From Chitinophagaceae bacterium (lineage in GTDB: Bacteria > Bacteroidota > Bacteroidia > Chitinophagales > Chitinophagaceae), in contig JBHENB010000005.1 in NCBI GenBank assembly GCA_046262255.1, positions 350 to 64,349 of the forward strand: 64,000 nt of DNA, read 5' to 3'. This document shows positions 46,201 through 56,848 of this stretch, one piece after another. The position numbers and the translations under genes were made by a program. Position 1 is the stretch's first letter, and every line of letters begins with the position of its first letter. The notes under the pieces were generated by a model. It made no database searches. It saw nothing but the letters and a program-made list of their open reading frames with translations, and was not told the origin of the DNA.

Positions 46201-47565
46201 TTATAGTTGATGGTCTTCTTCTTCTTTGAAAATATCTATAAGACTCGTTTTAAATTTCCCCCAGAAATTACCCATGCTTTTTTTACGCATGCTGCTGTTA
46301 ATTGATTGTTGTTCCAGGGTTTCCTGTTCAACGGCAATACCCTTTAAGACATCTGGCACTACTATGCCTCCTGAATTACTTGTAAATTTTTTGCGGTTAT
46401 GCTCGTAATCATCGTAACCTTTTAAAATCAGTCCCAAACAAGTTGAGTAGGTAGGCTTAGCCAATTCTTCTATATGCCCCGATGCCAATTGCTCAGTAGG
46501 ATAACCAATGCGGGAATTTAACCCTGTTACATACTCTGTTAATTGTATCAGGTGTTTTAATTGAGAGCCGCCGCCTGTTAAAATAATACCACCATTCAAC
46601 ATTTTGTTATCCAGGCCAACCTGCTTTAAGTGATAAGTAACAAAATCAAGTATTTCACTCATTCTTGCCTGTATTATGTTTGCAAGATTCTTTACACTTA
46701 TTTCTTTGGCCGGCATCCCACGCAAACCGGGGATAGTGATGTAGGCATTTGCTTTTGCTTCGTTTGCCAATGCGCTTCCAAACTGTGCTTTCATTTGCTC
46801 TGCCTGCGTACGCAATACCCCCAAACCAGTTTTAATATCATTGGTAATGTTTTCCCCTGCAAAAGGAATAACAGCTGTATGTTTTAAAATGCCTTCGTAA
46901 AAAACTGCAAGGTCTGTTGTGCCGCCGCCAATATCCACTATTGCTACACCTGCTTCCAGATCTTCCTGTGCCATTACTGCTGCAGAAGATGCCAGCGGTT
47001 GCAACACAAGGTCTTTGGTTGTGAGACCTGCTTTTTCAACAGACCGGTTAATGTTGCGTATAGCATTTTTATCGCCGGTGATGATGTGAAAATTTGCTCC
47101 TACTTTCACGCCGCCATAACCAATCGGGTCAGGGATGTTCTGAAAATTATCTACTGTATATTCCTGAGGAATTACATCAATAATCTGATCGCCTGCAGGT
47201 ATGTATGTTTTGTATTGATCATTTACCAATTGATCAATTTCCCGCTGAGTAATTTCATTATCTGTATCATGCCGTACAATGTCGCCACGGGTTTGCAGGC
47301 TTTTTATATGATGGCCCGCAATGCCAACGTACACTTCACTTACTTCCAGGTTTGGATTGGATGCATAACAATTCTCCAGCGCTGTTTTAATGGCTTTGAT
47401 GGTTTCATCAATATTAAGCACCTGCCCGTGCTTAACACCACTTGAATTTGCCCGACCAAATCCAAGAACTTCCAGCTTGCCGTATTCATTTTTACGCCCG
47501 GCAATCACTGCAATTTTCGTGGTTCCAATGTCGAGCCCTACAATAATGGGTTGCTCGTTGTTCAT
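46201..47565 (-). CDS. ftsA: Cell division protein FtsA
   Basis: VGLDIGTTKI, VDIGGGTTD and LTGGGS motifs; ATG at 47565. Confidence 0.98.
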   Translation of the reverse strand: MNNEQPIIVGLDIGTTKIAVIAGRKNEYGKLEVLGFGRANSSGVKHGQVLNIDETIKAIKTALENCYASNPNLEVSEVYVGIAGHHIKSLQTRGDIVRHDTDNEITQREIDQLVNDQYKTYIPAGDQIIDVIPQEYTVDNFQNIPDPIGYGGVKVGANFHIITGDKNAIRNINRSVEKAGLTTKDLVLQPLASSAAVMAQEDLEAGVAIVDIGGGTTDLAVFYEGILKHTAVIPFAGENITNDIKTGLGVLRTQAEQMKAQFGSALANEAKANAYITIPGLRGMPAKEISVKNLANIIQARMSEILDFVTYHLKQVGLDNKMLNGGIILTGGGSQLKHLIQLTEYVTGLNSRIGYPTEQLASGHIEELAKPTYSTCLGLILKGYDDYEHNRKKFTSNSGGIVVPDVLKGIAVEQETLEQQSINSSMRKKSMGNFWGKFKTSLIDIFKEEEDHQL

Positions 47566-47650
47566 GTTTATGGTTGTTTTAGTTGTTTTATTAAAAGAAC
47601 TTTTAGTTTCCATATGTTATATTTCATACTTCACACCATTACATCTCAGC

Positions 47651-48730
47651 TCAATAATCATTTTCAGGCATCACTGCCTTTGGTTTATTTTCATCTTTTT
47701 TTCTGCCGACGTTTTTCTTTTTGTTTTCCTTTGGTTTAGATGGTAAAGAAGTTTTTATAGGGTTGGGATTGGGGTTAACAACCAAGGTTTTCTTTTTGGT
47801 TGTTGCTGGTCTTCTTTTTACAGAAGATGAGTCTTTTCTTATAGCAATTTCTTCCTGCAATACTGCAACAGCAATAGAATCTATTAATTGTTGCCTGTGT
47901 TCTTCAAACAATGCTTCAATATTTTTTTGTAATTGAATAGAATCAATGGCAGATAAAGGCACATTGTGTCGTGCTATCACCTGCCCTTCATATTGCACAT
48001 CCAATACACGGTATTTGTCAAATCCTGCTTTACTCATTACCTGCCGGTAGAAAATAAGCAGCCGGTTAAACTTGGCTTCCAAATCCTCTGCTGTTCCAAT
48101 TCTTATTATGTGATTGCCAACTGTAGGAGTTAATTCGAACTTGCGATATGGTGTTATATCAATTTGGGCAATTTGGGCATTCCAGAAAGCGTCTGCTGTT
48201 ATAAATTGTGTCAGTTTTTTGACCTCATTTAGCAACAGGCTCTCCTTTCTGTTGAATTTCTTTGCATTGGCGAAATTGGTAACCACCGGCAAACGAAGAG
48301 ATAAATCCTCCAGCAGAGGCATGCGTCTTCCACTACTATCCATATAAAAGGAATTATATGCCGTAGTGAATACTCTTGCAACAGGTACTCTTTCCTGTAC
48401 CCGTACGTGCAATACATCCTGGCTGTCAAAATAGATTTCAGCAGATTTTATCCATGGGTTTTTCTCTAATACATTTTCAAGGTGTGAAAGATTTACTGCA
48501 GTTATGGACTGGTTGACTAAGGTGCTTTTTGCAGCTTTTTGTAAAATTTTCAAAACTTCTTCTTTGCCAACAAATGCCTTATTACCACTATTGATAGAAA
48601 TTTTTATTTCTTTACATACATGTTTCTGTTCTTTTTTATTAGCAGCTATAAGCAACACTGTCATGCCACTGCCAACCACCAGCCAGACAATAATTATTAA
48701 AACTTTTTGTATGGTGCGTTTAGCGTTCAT
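47651..48730 (-). CDS. ftsQ: Cell division protein FtsQ/DivIB
   Basis: TM anchor, POTRA-like region, position between murC and ftsA. Confidence 0.88.
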   Translation of the reverse strand: MNAKRTIQKVLIIIVWLVVGSGMTVLLIAANKKEQKHVCKEIKISINSGNKAFVGKEEVLKILQKAAKSTLVNQSITAVNLSHLENVLEKNPWIKSAEIYFDSQDVLHVRVQERVPVARVFTTAYNSFYMDSSGRRMPLLEDLSLRLPVVTNFANAKKFNRKESLLLNEVKKLTQFITADAFWNAQIAQIDITPYRKFELTPTVGNHIIRIGTAEDLEAKFNRLLIFYRQVMSKAGFDKYRVLDVQYEGQVIARHNVPLSAIDSIQLQKNIEALFEEHRQQLIDSIAVAVLQEEIAIRKDSSSVKRRPATTKKKTLVVNPNPNPIKTSLPSKPKENKKKNVGRKKDENKPKAVMPENDY

Positions 48731-50172
48731 TGAGCTTCTTCAATTATTTTTTTTATTGGTTGTACTAATGCATCAATATCTCCTGCTCCCGCTGTAATAA
48801 TTACTTCTCCAAATTCTTTATTTATGCTTTTTGAATATGTTTTTATCCATTCCAACAGTTGTTCTTTGCTCATTGATTTTTTTTCTTCAAAATCAATCTT
48901 ATTTAAGATCAACTCGCTTGTTACACCTTCTATTGGTAATTCACGGGCGGGGTAAATTGGCAGCAGAATAATTTTATCTGCCAGTTGAAGACTTTTTGCA
49001 AATTCCTCAGCAAAATCTCTTGTACGGGTAAACAAATGAGGCTGAAAAATGATAGTGCTTTTTCTTTGCGGAAATAAACTTTTTATGCTTTTTAGTAATG
49101 CATTTAACTCTTCCGGGTGGTGTGCATAATCATCAATAAATACAGGTTGTATGTAAGACCCTTTTTGGTGTGGCCTTGGTGCAATTATATATTCAAAGCG
49201 ACGCTTTATTCCTTTAAACTCTTTTATGGCTGCTTTAATTTTTTCCGGTTCAATATCTAATTCGTTTGCAACAGCAATAGCTGCTAAAGTGTTCTCCACA
49301 TTATGCATTCCTCCAATATTCAGCTCTATACCGGATATTCTGTTATTGTGTACCTGCATATTGAAATGGTAACCGCCATTATTTATTTTTATATCAGAGG
49401 CAAAAACATCTGCACTGTTATTTTGCAAGCTGTAAGTAAACTTTTTTGCTGTTTGCACTTCTTCCATTCTCTTCAATCCAAACCTGCTTAATAACAAACC
49501 ATTTTCTTTTGTTTTATTACCAAATTCAACAAATGCATCCTGCATTGCTTTTTCATCTCCATAAATATCAAGGTGATCTGCATCCATGGCAGTAATTACA
49601 GAAATATCTGGTTGTAGTTTTAAAAAACTGCGGTCGTACTCATCTGCTTCTACTACACAAACATTATTATTGCTGCTCCAAAAGTTGGTGTTGTAGTTTA
49701 CAGAGACACCGCCTAGAAATGCATTGCAACCATAATCACTATGTCTTAATATATGAGCGATGATTGTACTGATAGTGGTTTTACCGTGTGTGCCTGCAAC
49801 ACAAATATTAAAAGTTTCTGCAGTTATACAACCTAAGACATCACTTCTTTTCACCACTTTATAGTTGTGCTGCTGGTAATAAAGAAGTTCTTTATGATCT
49901 TTAGGAACGGCTGGGGTGTACACCACTAAATCCGCATCTTTTGGGACAGCAGCAACATCTTCAGTAAAATGCACATCTATCCCTTCTTTCTTTATTTGCT
50001 TTACCAATTCTGTTTCTGTTTTATCATAACCACTTACCTTAATTCCTCTTGCGTGAAAGTAACGGGCAATAGCACTCATACCTATTCCACCTATGCCAAT
50101 GAAATACACATTTTTTACACCATCCATTTTCGCAGGTGCTGAATTTATTTGTGTATTTACTTCGATACCCAT
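48727..50172 (-). CDS. murC: UDP-N-acetylmuramate--L-alanine ligase
   Basis: GIGGIGMS, GTHGKTT, EADEYD and DDYAHHP motifs. Confidence 0.98.
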   Translation of the reverse strand: MGIEVNTQINSAPAKMDGVKNVYFIGIGGIGMSAIARYFHARGIKVSGYDKTETELVKQIKKEGIDVHFTEDVAAVPKDADLVVYTPAVPKDHKELLYYQQHNYKVVKRSDVLGCITAETFNICVAGTHGKTTISTIIAHILRHSDYGCNAFLGGVSVNYNTNFWSSNNNVCVVEADEYDRSFLKLQPDISVITAMDADHLDIYGDEKAMQDAFVEFGNKTKENGLLLSRFGLKRMEEVQTAKKFTYSLQNNSADVFASDIKINNGGYHFNMQVHNNRISGIELNIGGMHNVENTLAAIAVANELDIEPEKIKAAIKEFKGIKRRFEYIIAPRPHQKGSYIQPVFIDDYAHHPEELNALLKSIKSLFPQRKSTIIFQPHLFTRTRDFAEEFAKSLQLADKIILLPIYPARELPIEGVTSELILNKIDFEEKKSMSKEQLLEWIKTYSKSINKEFGEVIITAGAGDIDALVQPIKKIIEEAQ

Positions 50173-51326
50173 TAATTATAAATTGTTTTAAGAATTTCTT
50201 CTGCTATATGTTTATCAGCATTAAGTATAGCATAACTGGCAATATTTTTTTTTAATTCCTGCTGTTGTATTTCATCCGCTGCTAATTCAATTACCACAGG
50301 TATTGCTTTATCTATTGCTTCACTATCGCTGATCATTAAAGCAGCTCTTTTATTTACAAAATTTATTGCATTTACAGTTTGATGGTCTTCTGCTGCAAAC
50401 GGATAAGGCACAAACACTACCGGTTTTTGTGCAGCACATAATTCTGCAACAGCCATAGCTCCTGCACGGGATATTACAATATCAACAGCGGCATAAGCAA
50501 ATTCCATTTGTGTAATAAACTCGTTTACCCAAATATTAGCGTTGCCTGCTGAACGCTGCTGCCATTTTTGTTTATCTGCTTTTCCTGTTTGCCATATAAG
50601 CTGTATGTCATGTTTAATGATGTCATCAAAATGTTTATAAATAGCTTCATTTATTGACCGTGCTCCAAGGCTTCCACCTACAGCCAGCACGGTTTTCTTA
50701 CCCTCAACCAAACCAAAATGCTGTAATGCTTCTTTTTTGGAAAGAAACGGAACATTAGCAATACCGGGGCGTACAGGATTACCGGTAATAATGATCTTGC
50801 TAGCAGGAAAAAATTTCTCCATACCGTCTGTGGCTACAAACACTCTTGTCGCTTTTTTCCCTAACAGAATATTTGACTTACCTGCAAATGAATTAGATTC
50901 ATGAATGAATGTTGGAATGCCTTTGAACTGTGCATATCGCAATACTGGAAAAGAAGAATAACCACCAACACCTACTACTGCATGTGGCGAAAAATTTTTT
51001 ATGATAGTCCGCACCTGAAACCAACTTGTAACCAACTTGAAGGGTAAGCCAATATTCTTCATCAAGGAACTTCTGTGGAATCCTGCTATATCAATTCCCT
51101 TTATCTTATAGCCTGCCTGCGGAACTTTTTCCATTTCCATTTTGCCTTTAGCGCCTACAAATAATATTTCGTTTTTACTGTTCATTTGTTTCAGTGCATT
51201 TGCAATGGCAATAGCTGGAAAAATATGTCCGCCTGTACCACCACCCGCAATTATTATACGTTTTCCAGGAGCCCCTTCATCCAGTGAAGACTCCTTTGCA
51301 TGATTATTGATATTACTATTGCTCAC
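50172..51326 (-). CDS. murG: Undecaprenyl-PP-MurNAc-pentapeptide GlcNAc transferase
   Basis: GGGTGGHIFP, GGSLGA, SRAGA and EDHQ motifs; probable GTG start at 51326. Confidence 0.97.
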   Translation of the reverse strand: MSNSNINNHAKESSLDEGAPGKRIIIAGGGTGGHIFPAIAIANALKQMNSKNEILFVGAKGKMEMEKVPQAGYKIKGIDIAGFHRSSLMKNIGLPFKLVTSWFQVRTIIKNFSPHAVVGVGGYSSFPVLRYAQFKGIPTFIHESNSFAGKSNILLGKKATRVFVATDGMEKFFPASKIIITGNPVRPGIANVPFLSKKEALQHFGLVEGKKTVLAVGGSLGARSINEAIYKHFDDIIKHDIQLIWQTGKADKQKWQQRSAGNANIWVNEFITQMEFAYAAVDIVISRAGAMAVAELCAAQKPVVFVPYPFAAEDHQTVNAINFVNKRAALMISDSEAIDKAIPVVIELAADEIQQQELKKNIASYAILNADKHIAEEILKTIYN

Positions 51327-51328
51327 AA

Positions 51329-52660
51329 TCAAACCTGATTTTCCTCTTCTAAAACAGCTTCCTCTTCTTCCATTTCTTCTTCCTTTGCTTTTTCCTGTTG
51401 TTCCACTGCAATTAATTTTTTCTGACCTTCTATCTGTTCTACATTTCGTGAAACACTTAAAATAATTCCTATTGACAAGCAAGTAAATAAGAAACTGCTA
51501 CCGCCCATGCTTACCAATGGCAGGGTAACCCCTGTCACGGGAAACAAGTTGACATTCACAGCCATATTTGCCATTGCCTGAATTACCAATGTAAAACTGA
51601 GCCCCAATGCGAGGAATGCACCAAATGCAAAAGGGCACCTCTTGAACAAACGAATGCTCCGATACAAAAACACCAGGTAAACAAATATGATGAATGCCCC
51701 GCCTATCAATCCATACTCTTCTATTATTATTACGTATATAAAATCATTATACGCTTGTGGCAGAAAGTTGCGTTGTTCGCTATTACCCGGCCCTACACCC
51801 ATGATACCACCTTTCGCAATTGCAATCTTGGCCTGATTCACCTGGTACATGTTATCATTGTTGGCTTCGGTACCGCCGTAAATGAACTGTTCTACCCGGT
51901 TTACCCATGTACTTACACGGCCTGTGAGCTTAGATGATTTTTCTTTTACGACGCTACTTTCTTCAGCAGTAGAATTATGTTTAATAACTGCTGCACCAAT
52001 CAAGCCCATTACAGGAATCAAGGCAACTGCAATAGCTAACAATAAATGTTTTGTGCTTACTCTGCCGATAAACAATAAAAGCATACAACTGGCACCTAAT
52101 AAAAGTGCTGTAGATAAATTAGCAGGTGCAATTAATAAACAGGTAATAGCTACCGGAATAATCACCGGCAAAAAACCTTTCTTAAAATCTTTTATCTTGT
52201 TCTGTTTGCGGCTAAGCAGCCTGGCAAGAAACATAAACAGTGCAAGCTTTGCCAGGTCCGAGGTTTGCAGGGTCATATTTATAATAGGCAACTTGATCCA
52301 GCGGCTTCCTTCGTTTAATGTTAATCCAAAAAATAAAGTATAGAAAAGAAGAGGAATAGATACCAGGAAAAGAATTTTGGCAATTTTTGAATAAATGGTA
52401 TAATTAACCCTGTGAGCAAAATAAATAATACAAAAACCTATTGTGATAAAAGCTACCTGCTTAAACAAATAAACTTCTGTATTTCCCTTATACATCTTGT
52501 ACGCTAATGAACCCGTAGCACTATATACCACCAACAGAGATACAAGAACCAGCAATACAACCACACCCCATATTACTTTATCACCCTTAGTTCTCTTAAG
52601 AATGTTTGTATTTCTTAACTGGGTAAGGTCTGAAAAACGTATATCTGATACTTGGTTCAT
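51329..52660 (-). CDS. ftsW: SEDS peptidoglycan polymerase FtsW
   Basis: SRWIKL, QTSDLAK, PQAYNDFI and LPLVSMGGSS motifs. Confidence 0.96.
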   Translation of the reverse strand: MNQVSDIRFSDLTQLRNTNILKRTKGDKVIWGVVVLLVLVSLLVVYSATGSLAYKMYKGNTEVYLFKQVAFITIGFCIIYFAHRVNYTIYSKIAKILFLVSIPLLFYTLFFGLTLNEGSRWIKLPIINMTLQTSDLAKLALFMFLARLLSRKQNKIKDFKKGFLPVIIPVAITCLLIAPANLSTALLLGASCMLLLFIGRVSTKHLLLAIAVALIPVMGLIGAAVIKHNSTAEESSVVKEKSSKLTGRVSTWVNRVEQFIYGGTEANNDNMYQVNQAKIAIAKGGIMGVGPGNSEQRNFLPQAYNDFIYVIIIEEYGLIGGAFIIFVYLVFLYRSIRLFKRCPFAFGAFLALGLSFTLVIQAMANMAVNVNLFPVTGVTLPLVSMGGSSFLFTCLSIGIILSVSRNVEQIEGQKKLIAVEQQEKAKEEEMEEEEAVLEEENQV

Positions 52661-53994
52661 AGATTTTTTACAGCTTTTTTAAATTGTACACCCCTGTCTT
52701 CATAGTTTTTAAATAAGTCAAAACTTGCACATGCTGGACTTAATAATACAGCATCACCTTGTGTTGCCAATTGAAAAGCGGCCTTCACGGCCTCGTCGGC
52801 ACCGGAAGTATCCACCACTTTTTTTATATCACCAAAAGCTTCATGAATTTTATGGTTATCTACACCAAGACATACAATAGCTTTTACCTTTTCACTTACT
52901 AAATGTTTAATAAGATTATAATCATTGCCTTTATCAATCCCACCTAATATTAAAATTGTTGACTTATCCATACTTTCCAATGCGAACCAGGTAGAGTTTA
53001 CATTTGTGGCTTTACTATCATTAATGAACTCCACACCCCGTACTGTTGCCACACTCTCCATACGGTGCTCCAGGCTCCGAAAAGTTTGTACCGCTTCGCG
53101 AATTTTATTTTTTCGTATTTCTATTGTTGCTCCTGCCACACATGCTGCCATAGTGTTGTATTGATTATGTTTCCCTTTCAAGGCAAAATCATATATACTC
53201 ATAGATACCTGCTCAGTACCTACTATAATATGCATCTCCCCATCTTTTATAAATGCCCCTGGTTTCACTTCCTGTTTCATAGTTATTGGTAATTGGTTGG
53301 ATTTTAGTTTATAGTTACTCCTGTTCTTCATTATCACTACATCATCCATGTTATAGATAAAATAGTCCTTCGATGTCTGGTTCATCGCAATACGAAACTT
53401 GCTGCGGATGTAGTGTTCAAACTTGTAATCATATCTGTCCAGGTGATCTTCGGTAATGTTTAATAAGACCGCTACATCTGCACGAAAATTTTTAATATCA
53501 TCTAATTGAAAACTGCTGATCTCCGCAACATATAGCTGCTTTGGATCTTGCGCCACCTGCCTTGCAAATGAATATCCAATGTTTCCTACCAATGCACAAT
53601 CCAAGCCTGCATGCCTGCAAATGTGAAAGGTTAAAGCAGTGGTGGTGGATTTACCGTTACTCCCGGTAATAGCAATGATCTTGCTTTTACCTTTATAACG
53701 ATAAGCCAGTTCAATTTCACTTATTACAGAAATACCATTTGCCCGTATTTTTTTCACCCACACATTTCCATCAGGTATTCCGGGACTTTTCACCACTTCA
53801 TCAGCATTTAACAACAATTGCTCATCTGCACTTTTTTCTGCAAACCGTATTTGAGCCTGCAGCAGTTCGTTGCGATAATTTTCTTTCAAAGAGCTTTCAT
53901 CAAAAACAAATACATCGTATCCTTTTCCTTTCGCCAGTAATGCCGCTCCTATGCCGCTTTCACCACCCCCAAGTATTACCAGCCGGTTTTGCAT
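52657..53994 (-). CDS. murD: UDP-MurNAc-L-Ala--D-Glu ligase
   Basis: TGSNGKSTT, EISSFQL, NDSKATN and SPACASFD motifs. Confidence 0.98.
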   Translation of the reverse strand: MQNRLVILGGGESGIGAALLAKGKGYDVFVFDESSLKENYRNELLQAQIRFAEKSADEQLLLNADEVVKSPGIPDGNVWVKKIRANGISVISEIELAYRYKGKSKIIAITGSNGKSTTTALTFHICRHAGLDCALVGNIGYSFARQVAQDPKQLYVAEISSFQLDDIKNFRADVAVLLNITEDHLDRYDYKFEHYIRSKFRIAMNQTSKDYFIYNMDDVVIMKNRSNYKLKSNQLPITMKQEVKPGAFIKDGEMHIIVGTEQVSMSIYDFALKGKHNQYNTMAACVAGATIEIRKNKIREAVQTFRSLEHRMESVATVRGVEFINDSKATNVNSTWFALESMDKSTILILGGIDKGNDYNLIKHLVSEKVKAIVCLGVDNHKIHEAFGDIKKVVDTSGADEAVKAAFQLATQGDAVLLSPACASFDLFKNYEDRGVQFKKAVKNL

Positions 53995-54031
53995 TGCATA
54001 AAAAAATTATTACATCATCACCTTTTGCTAC

Positions 54032-55309
54032 CTATCTAAGCTTTAAAGTCACTATTGAGAACACTACACACCCTATAGTCACTATCCAAAAACGTGTTAC
54101 AATTTTTGCTTCATGATAACCCAGTTTTTGAAAATGATGATGCAACGGGCTCATTAAAAAAATGCGTCGCCCCTCACCATATTTTTTTCTTGTGTATTTG
54201 AAATAAGCAACTTGCATCATTACACTTATATTCTCCACCAGGAAAACTCCACAGAAAATGGGTATTAATAATTCTTTGTGTACAATGATGGCCAATGCCG
54301 CAATGATCCCCCCTAATGTTAAACTTCCCGTATCACCCATAAATACCTGCGCCGGGTAGGAGTTGTACCATAAAAAGCCAACACAACCTCCAATTAATGC
54401 ACCTATAAAAATGGATAGTTCTCCAAGATTAGGGATGTACATAATGTTCAGATAATCAGCAAAAAGCAGGTTACCGCTTGCATATGCAAAAATGCCAAGA
54501 CAGACGCCAATTAATGCTGATGTTCCTGTCGCCAATCCATCCAAACCATCCGCAATATTGGAACCGTTAGATACAGCAGTAATAATGAAAATGACGATAA
54601 GAATATAAAGTACCCAGGAGTAGTTCCGCAAACCTTCAGGTAATAACTTGGTATAGTTAAACTCGTGATTTTTTATAAAAGGAATGGTAGTAATTGGCTC
54701 CCTTACCGGAACAAAATGTTTAGTACGATTGTTTACCTCTCGTGTAATAACTTTTGTATCCCCCACCTTAGGAGTACCCTGGTATTCCCGCCAGATAATT
54801 ACATTATCATTAAAGTAAAGAGTAGCCCCAATGGCTATGCCCAACACTACCTGGCCAAAAACTTTAAACCAGGCTGCAAGTCCATCGTTACCCGCTTTTT
54901 TATACTCTAAACCTTTTTCATGTGCGAGCCTTTTAGACCGCAGTTTTAAATAGTCATCTATAAATCCAATTATTGCCAGCCATATTGTACTAAGAACCAT
55001 CAGGCGTACGTACACTTTCTCCAGGTTGGCCAATAAAAGAGTGGGGATAAGTATTGCCAGAATAATAATAATGCCGCCCATGGTGGGTGTACCTTTTTTT
55101 ATTTGCTCACCCGCCAGGCCAAGTTCCCTAACTGTTTCGCCTATTTGTCTGCGCTTAAGGATGTTTATTATTCTTTTTCCGATTAAGGTGGATATAATCA
55201 AAGACAGTATAACAGCCACTAACACCCGGAATGTTATAAACTGAAATAATGCACTTCCGGGGAACCGGTAGCCTTCAGCTTTAAACCATTCAAACAGGTG
55301 ATACAGCAT
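54032..55309 (-). CDS. mraY: Phospho-MurNAc-pentapeptide transferase
   Basis: [24 protein letters not shown] and PLHHHF motifs. Confidence 0.98.
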   Translation of the reverse strand: MLYHLFEWFKAEGYRFPGSALFQFITFRVLVAVILSLIISTLIGKRIINILKRRQIGETVRELGLAGEQIKKGTPTMGGIIIILAILIPTLLLANLEKVYVRLMVLSTIWLAIIGFIDDYLKLRSKRLAHEKGLEYKKAGNDGLAAWFKVFGQVVLGIAIGATLYFNDNVIIWREYQGTPKVGDTKVITREVNNRTKHFVPVREPITTIPFIKNHEFNYTKLLPEGLRNYSWVLYILIVIFIITAVSNGSNIADGLDGLATGTSALIGVCLGIFAYASGNLLFADYLNIMYIPNLGELSIFIGALIGGCVGFLWYNSYPAQVFMGDTGSLTLGGIIAALAIIVHKELLIPIFCGVFLVENISVMMQVAYFKYTRKKYGEGRRIFLMSPLHHHFQKLGYHEAKIVTRFWIVTIGCVVFSIVTLKLR

Positions 55310-55315
55310 CGCTAT

Positions 55316-55343
55316 GTACGATTTACGATTTTAAATTTTAGAA
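55316..55343. repeat. Heptamer array between murE and mraY
   Basis: GTACGAT-TTACGAT-TTTAAAT-TTTAGAA. Confidence 0.5.
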
Positions 55344-55381
55344 TTACCCGCAACTATCATTTCTCTTTTGTCATCTACACC

Positions 55382-56848
55382 TTACTTTCCAAGCAATTCG
55401 AACATTTCCTTAAGCACTTCTTTATCATCAAAATGATTTTTTACGCCATTTACTTCCTGATATTTTTCATGTCCTTTACCAGCTATTAAAACAATATCTT
55501 CTGGTTGTGCTACGCTTACTGCTGTTTTAATGGCTTGTTTTCTATCTGGTATAGAAACATATTTTCTTTTTGCTGCAGTATTCAGTCCTGCTTCCATGTC
55601 TTTTATTATTTGAAATGGATCTTCTGTTCGTGGATTGTCGGAAGTAAAAATTACTCTATCACTATGCTCACAGCTTACCTGCCCCATTACAGGTCTTTTG
55701 GTTCTGTCTCTGTCGCCACCACAGCCAACTACAGTGATAACCTGTTCAAAGCCTTTTTTTAATTTTTTTATTGTGCCTAACACGTTCAGCAAGGCGTCGG
55801 GTGTATGTGCATAATCAACAATGCCAATTACTTTTTCTTTTGGTGAAATAGTATAATCAAATCTTCCTTCGGCACCTGTTAAACTACTTAAGCATTGCAA
55901 TACCTGCTGCCTGGCTTCTCCTAAAGCAATAGCTGCAGCATAAACGGCCAGCAGGTTGTATGCATTAAATTCACCTATCAAAAGAAAATGAACTTCCTGA
56001 TCATTAATGGTCATTACTAAACCTGAAAGGGTGTTTTCTAATATTTTCCCTTTGAAATCTGCAGCGGTGCGGAGGCTGTATGTATATTTTTTAGCCGCTG
56101 TATTTTGCAACATCACCATACCACGTTTATCATCCATGTTGGTGACTGCAAATGCTGCAGAAAGCAGAGTATCGAAAAATTGTTTTTTTGTTTTTATGTA
56201 TTCGTCGAATGTTTTATGGTAATCTAAATGTTCATGGGTAATGTTGCTAAATATTGCGCCGGCAAACTCTATTCCTGCAATTCGCCTTTGATGTATAGCA
56301 TGAGAGCTCACCTCCATAAAAACATGTGAGCACCCTTCATTGGCCATTTGCTTTAGTAATGCATTTAAACTAACAGCATCTGGGGTTGTATGGGTTGAAG
56401 AAATTGCTCTTCCCCCAATTCGGTTCTCAACTGTACTGATGAGGCCACATTTGTAACCAAGCGTTGTAAATAATTTATAGAGAAGCGTAGCAATAGTTGT
56501 CTTCCCGTTTGTTCCGGTTACCCCTGTTAATTTTAATTGGTGTGAAGGCTGGTCGAAATAATTATGTGCAATGTAACCAGCAGCCTCTGCGCTGTTATTG
56601 GTTTGCACATAGGTAACATTTGGAAGTTGACTATATGGCTGTGTTTCGCAAACAACAGCGGCAGCACCTTTCTGTATTGCTGCATCAATAAACAGATGAC
56701 CATCAGATGCAGAACCTTTTACTGCAATAAACAAACTGCCCTGCTGTATTCTGCGTGAATCTATTTGTACATCAGACACGGTTATATCTGTACTGCCTGC
56801 AAGGGCAGTAATGTGTACTTTATATAATATGTCCGACAATTTTTTCAC
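55382..56848 (-). CDS. murE: UDP-MurNAc-tripeptide synthetase
   Basis: TGTNGKTT, MEVSSH, DYAHTPD and DNPR motifs (DNPR indicates m-DAP specificity). Confidence 0.98.
   Translation of the reverse strand: MKKLSDILYKVHITALAGSTDITVSDVQIDSRRIQQGSLFIAVKGSASDGHLFIDAAIQKGAAAVVCETQPYSQLPNVTYVQTNNSAEAAGYIAHNYFDQPSHQLKLTGVTGTNGKTTIATLLYKLFTTLGYKCGLISTVENRIGGRAISSTHTTPDAVSLNALLKQMANEGCSHVFMEVSSHAIHQRRIAGIEFAGAIFSNITHEHLDYHKTFDEYIKTKKQFFDTLLSAAFAVTNMDDKRGMVMLQNTAAKKYTYSLRTAADFKGKILENTLSGLVMTINDQEVHFLLIGEFNAYNLLAVYAAAIALGEARQQVLQCLSSLTGAEGRFDYTISPKEKVIGIVDYAHTPDALLNVLGTIKKLKKGFEQVITVVGCGGDRDRTKRPVMGQVSCEHSDRVIFTSDNPRTEDPFQIIKDMEAGLNTAAKRKYVSIPDRKQAIKTAVSVAQPEDIVLIAGKGHEKYQEVNGVKNHFDDKEVLKEMFELLGK

Noticed and set aside
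47761-47780. G-rich run in ftsQ as an element end
   Set aside because: Explained by the low-complexity NPNPNP peptide; no hairpin.
49155-49180. Left-end-like sequence in murC (PRPHQKGS)
   Set aside because: Only a 2-bp stem; may be a native lineage-specific loop.
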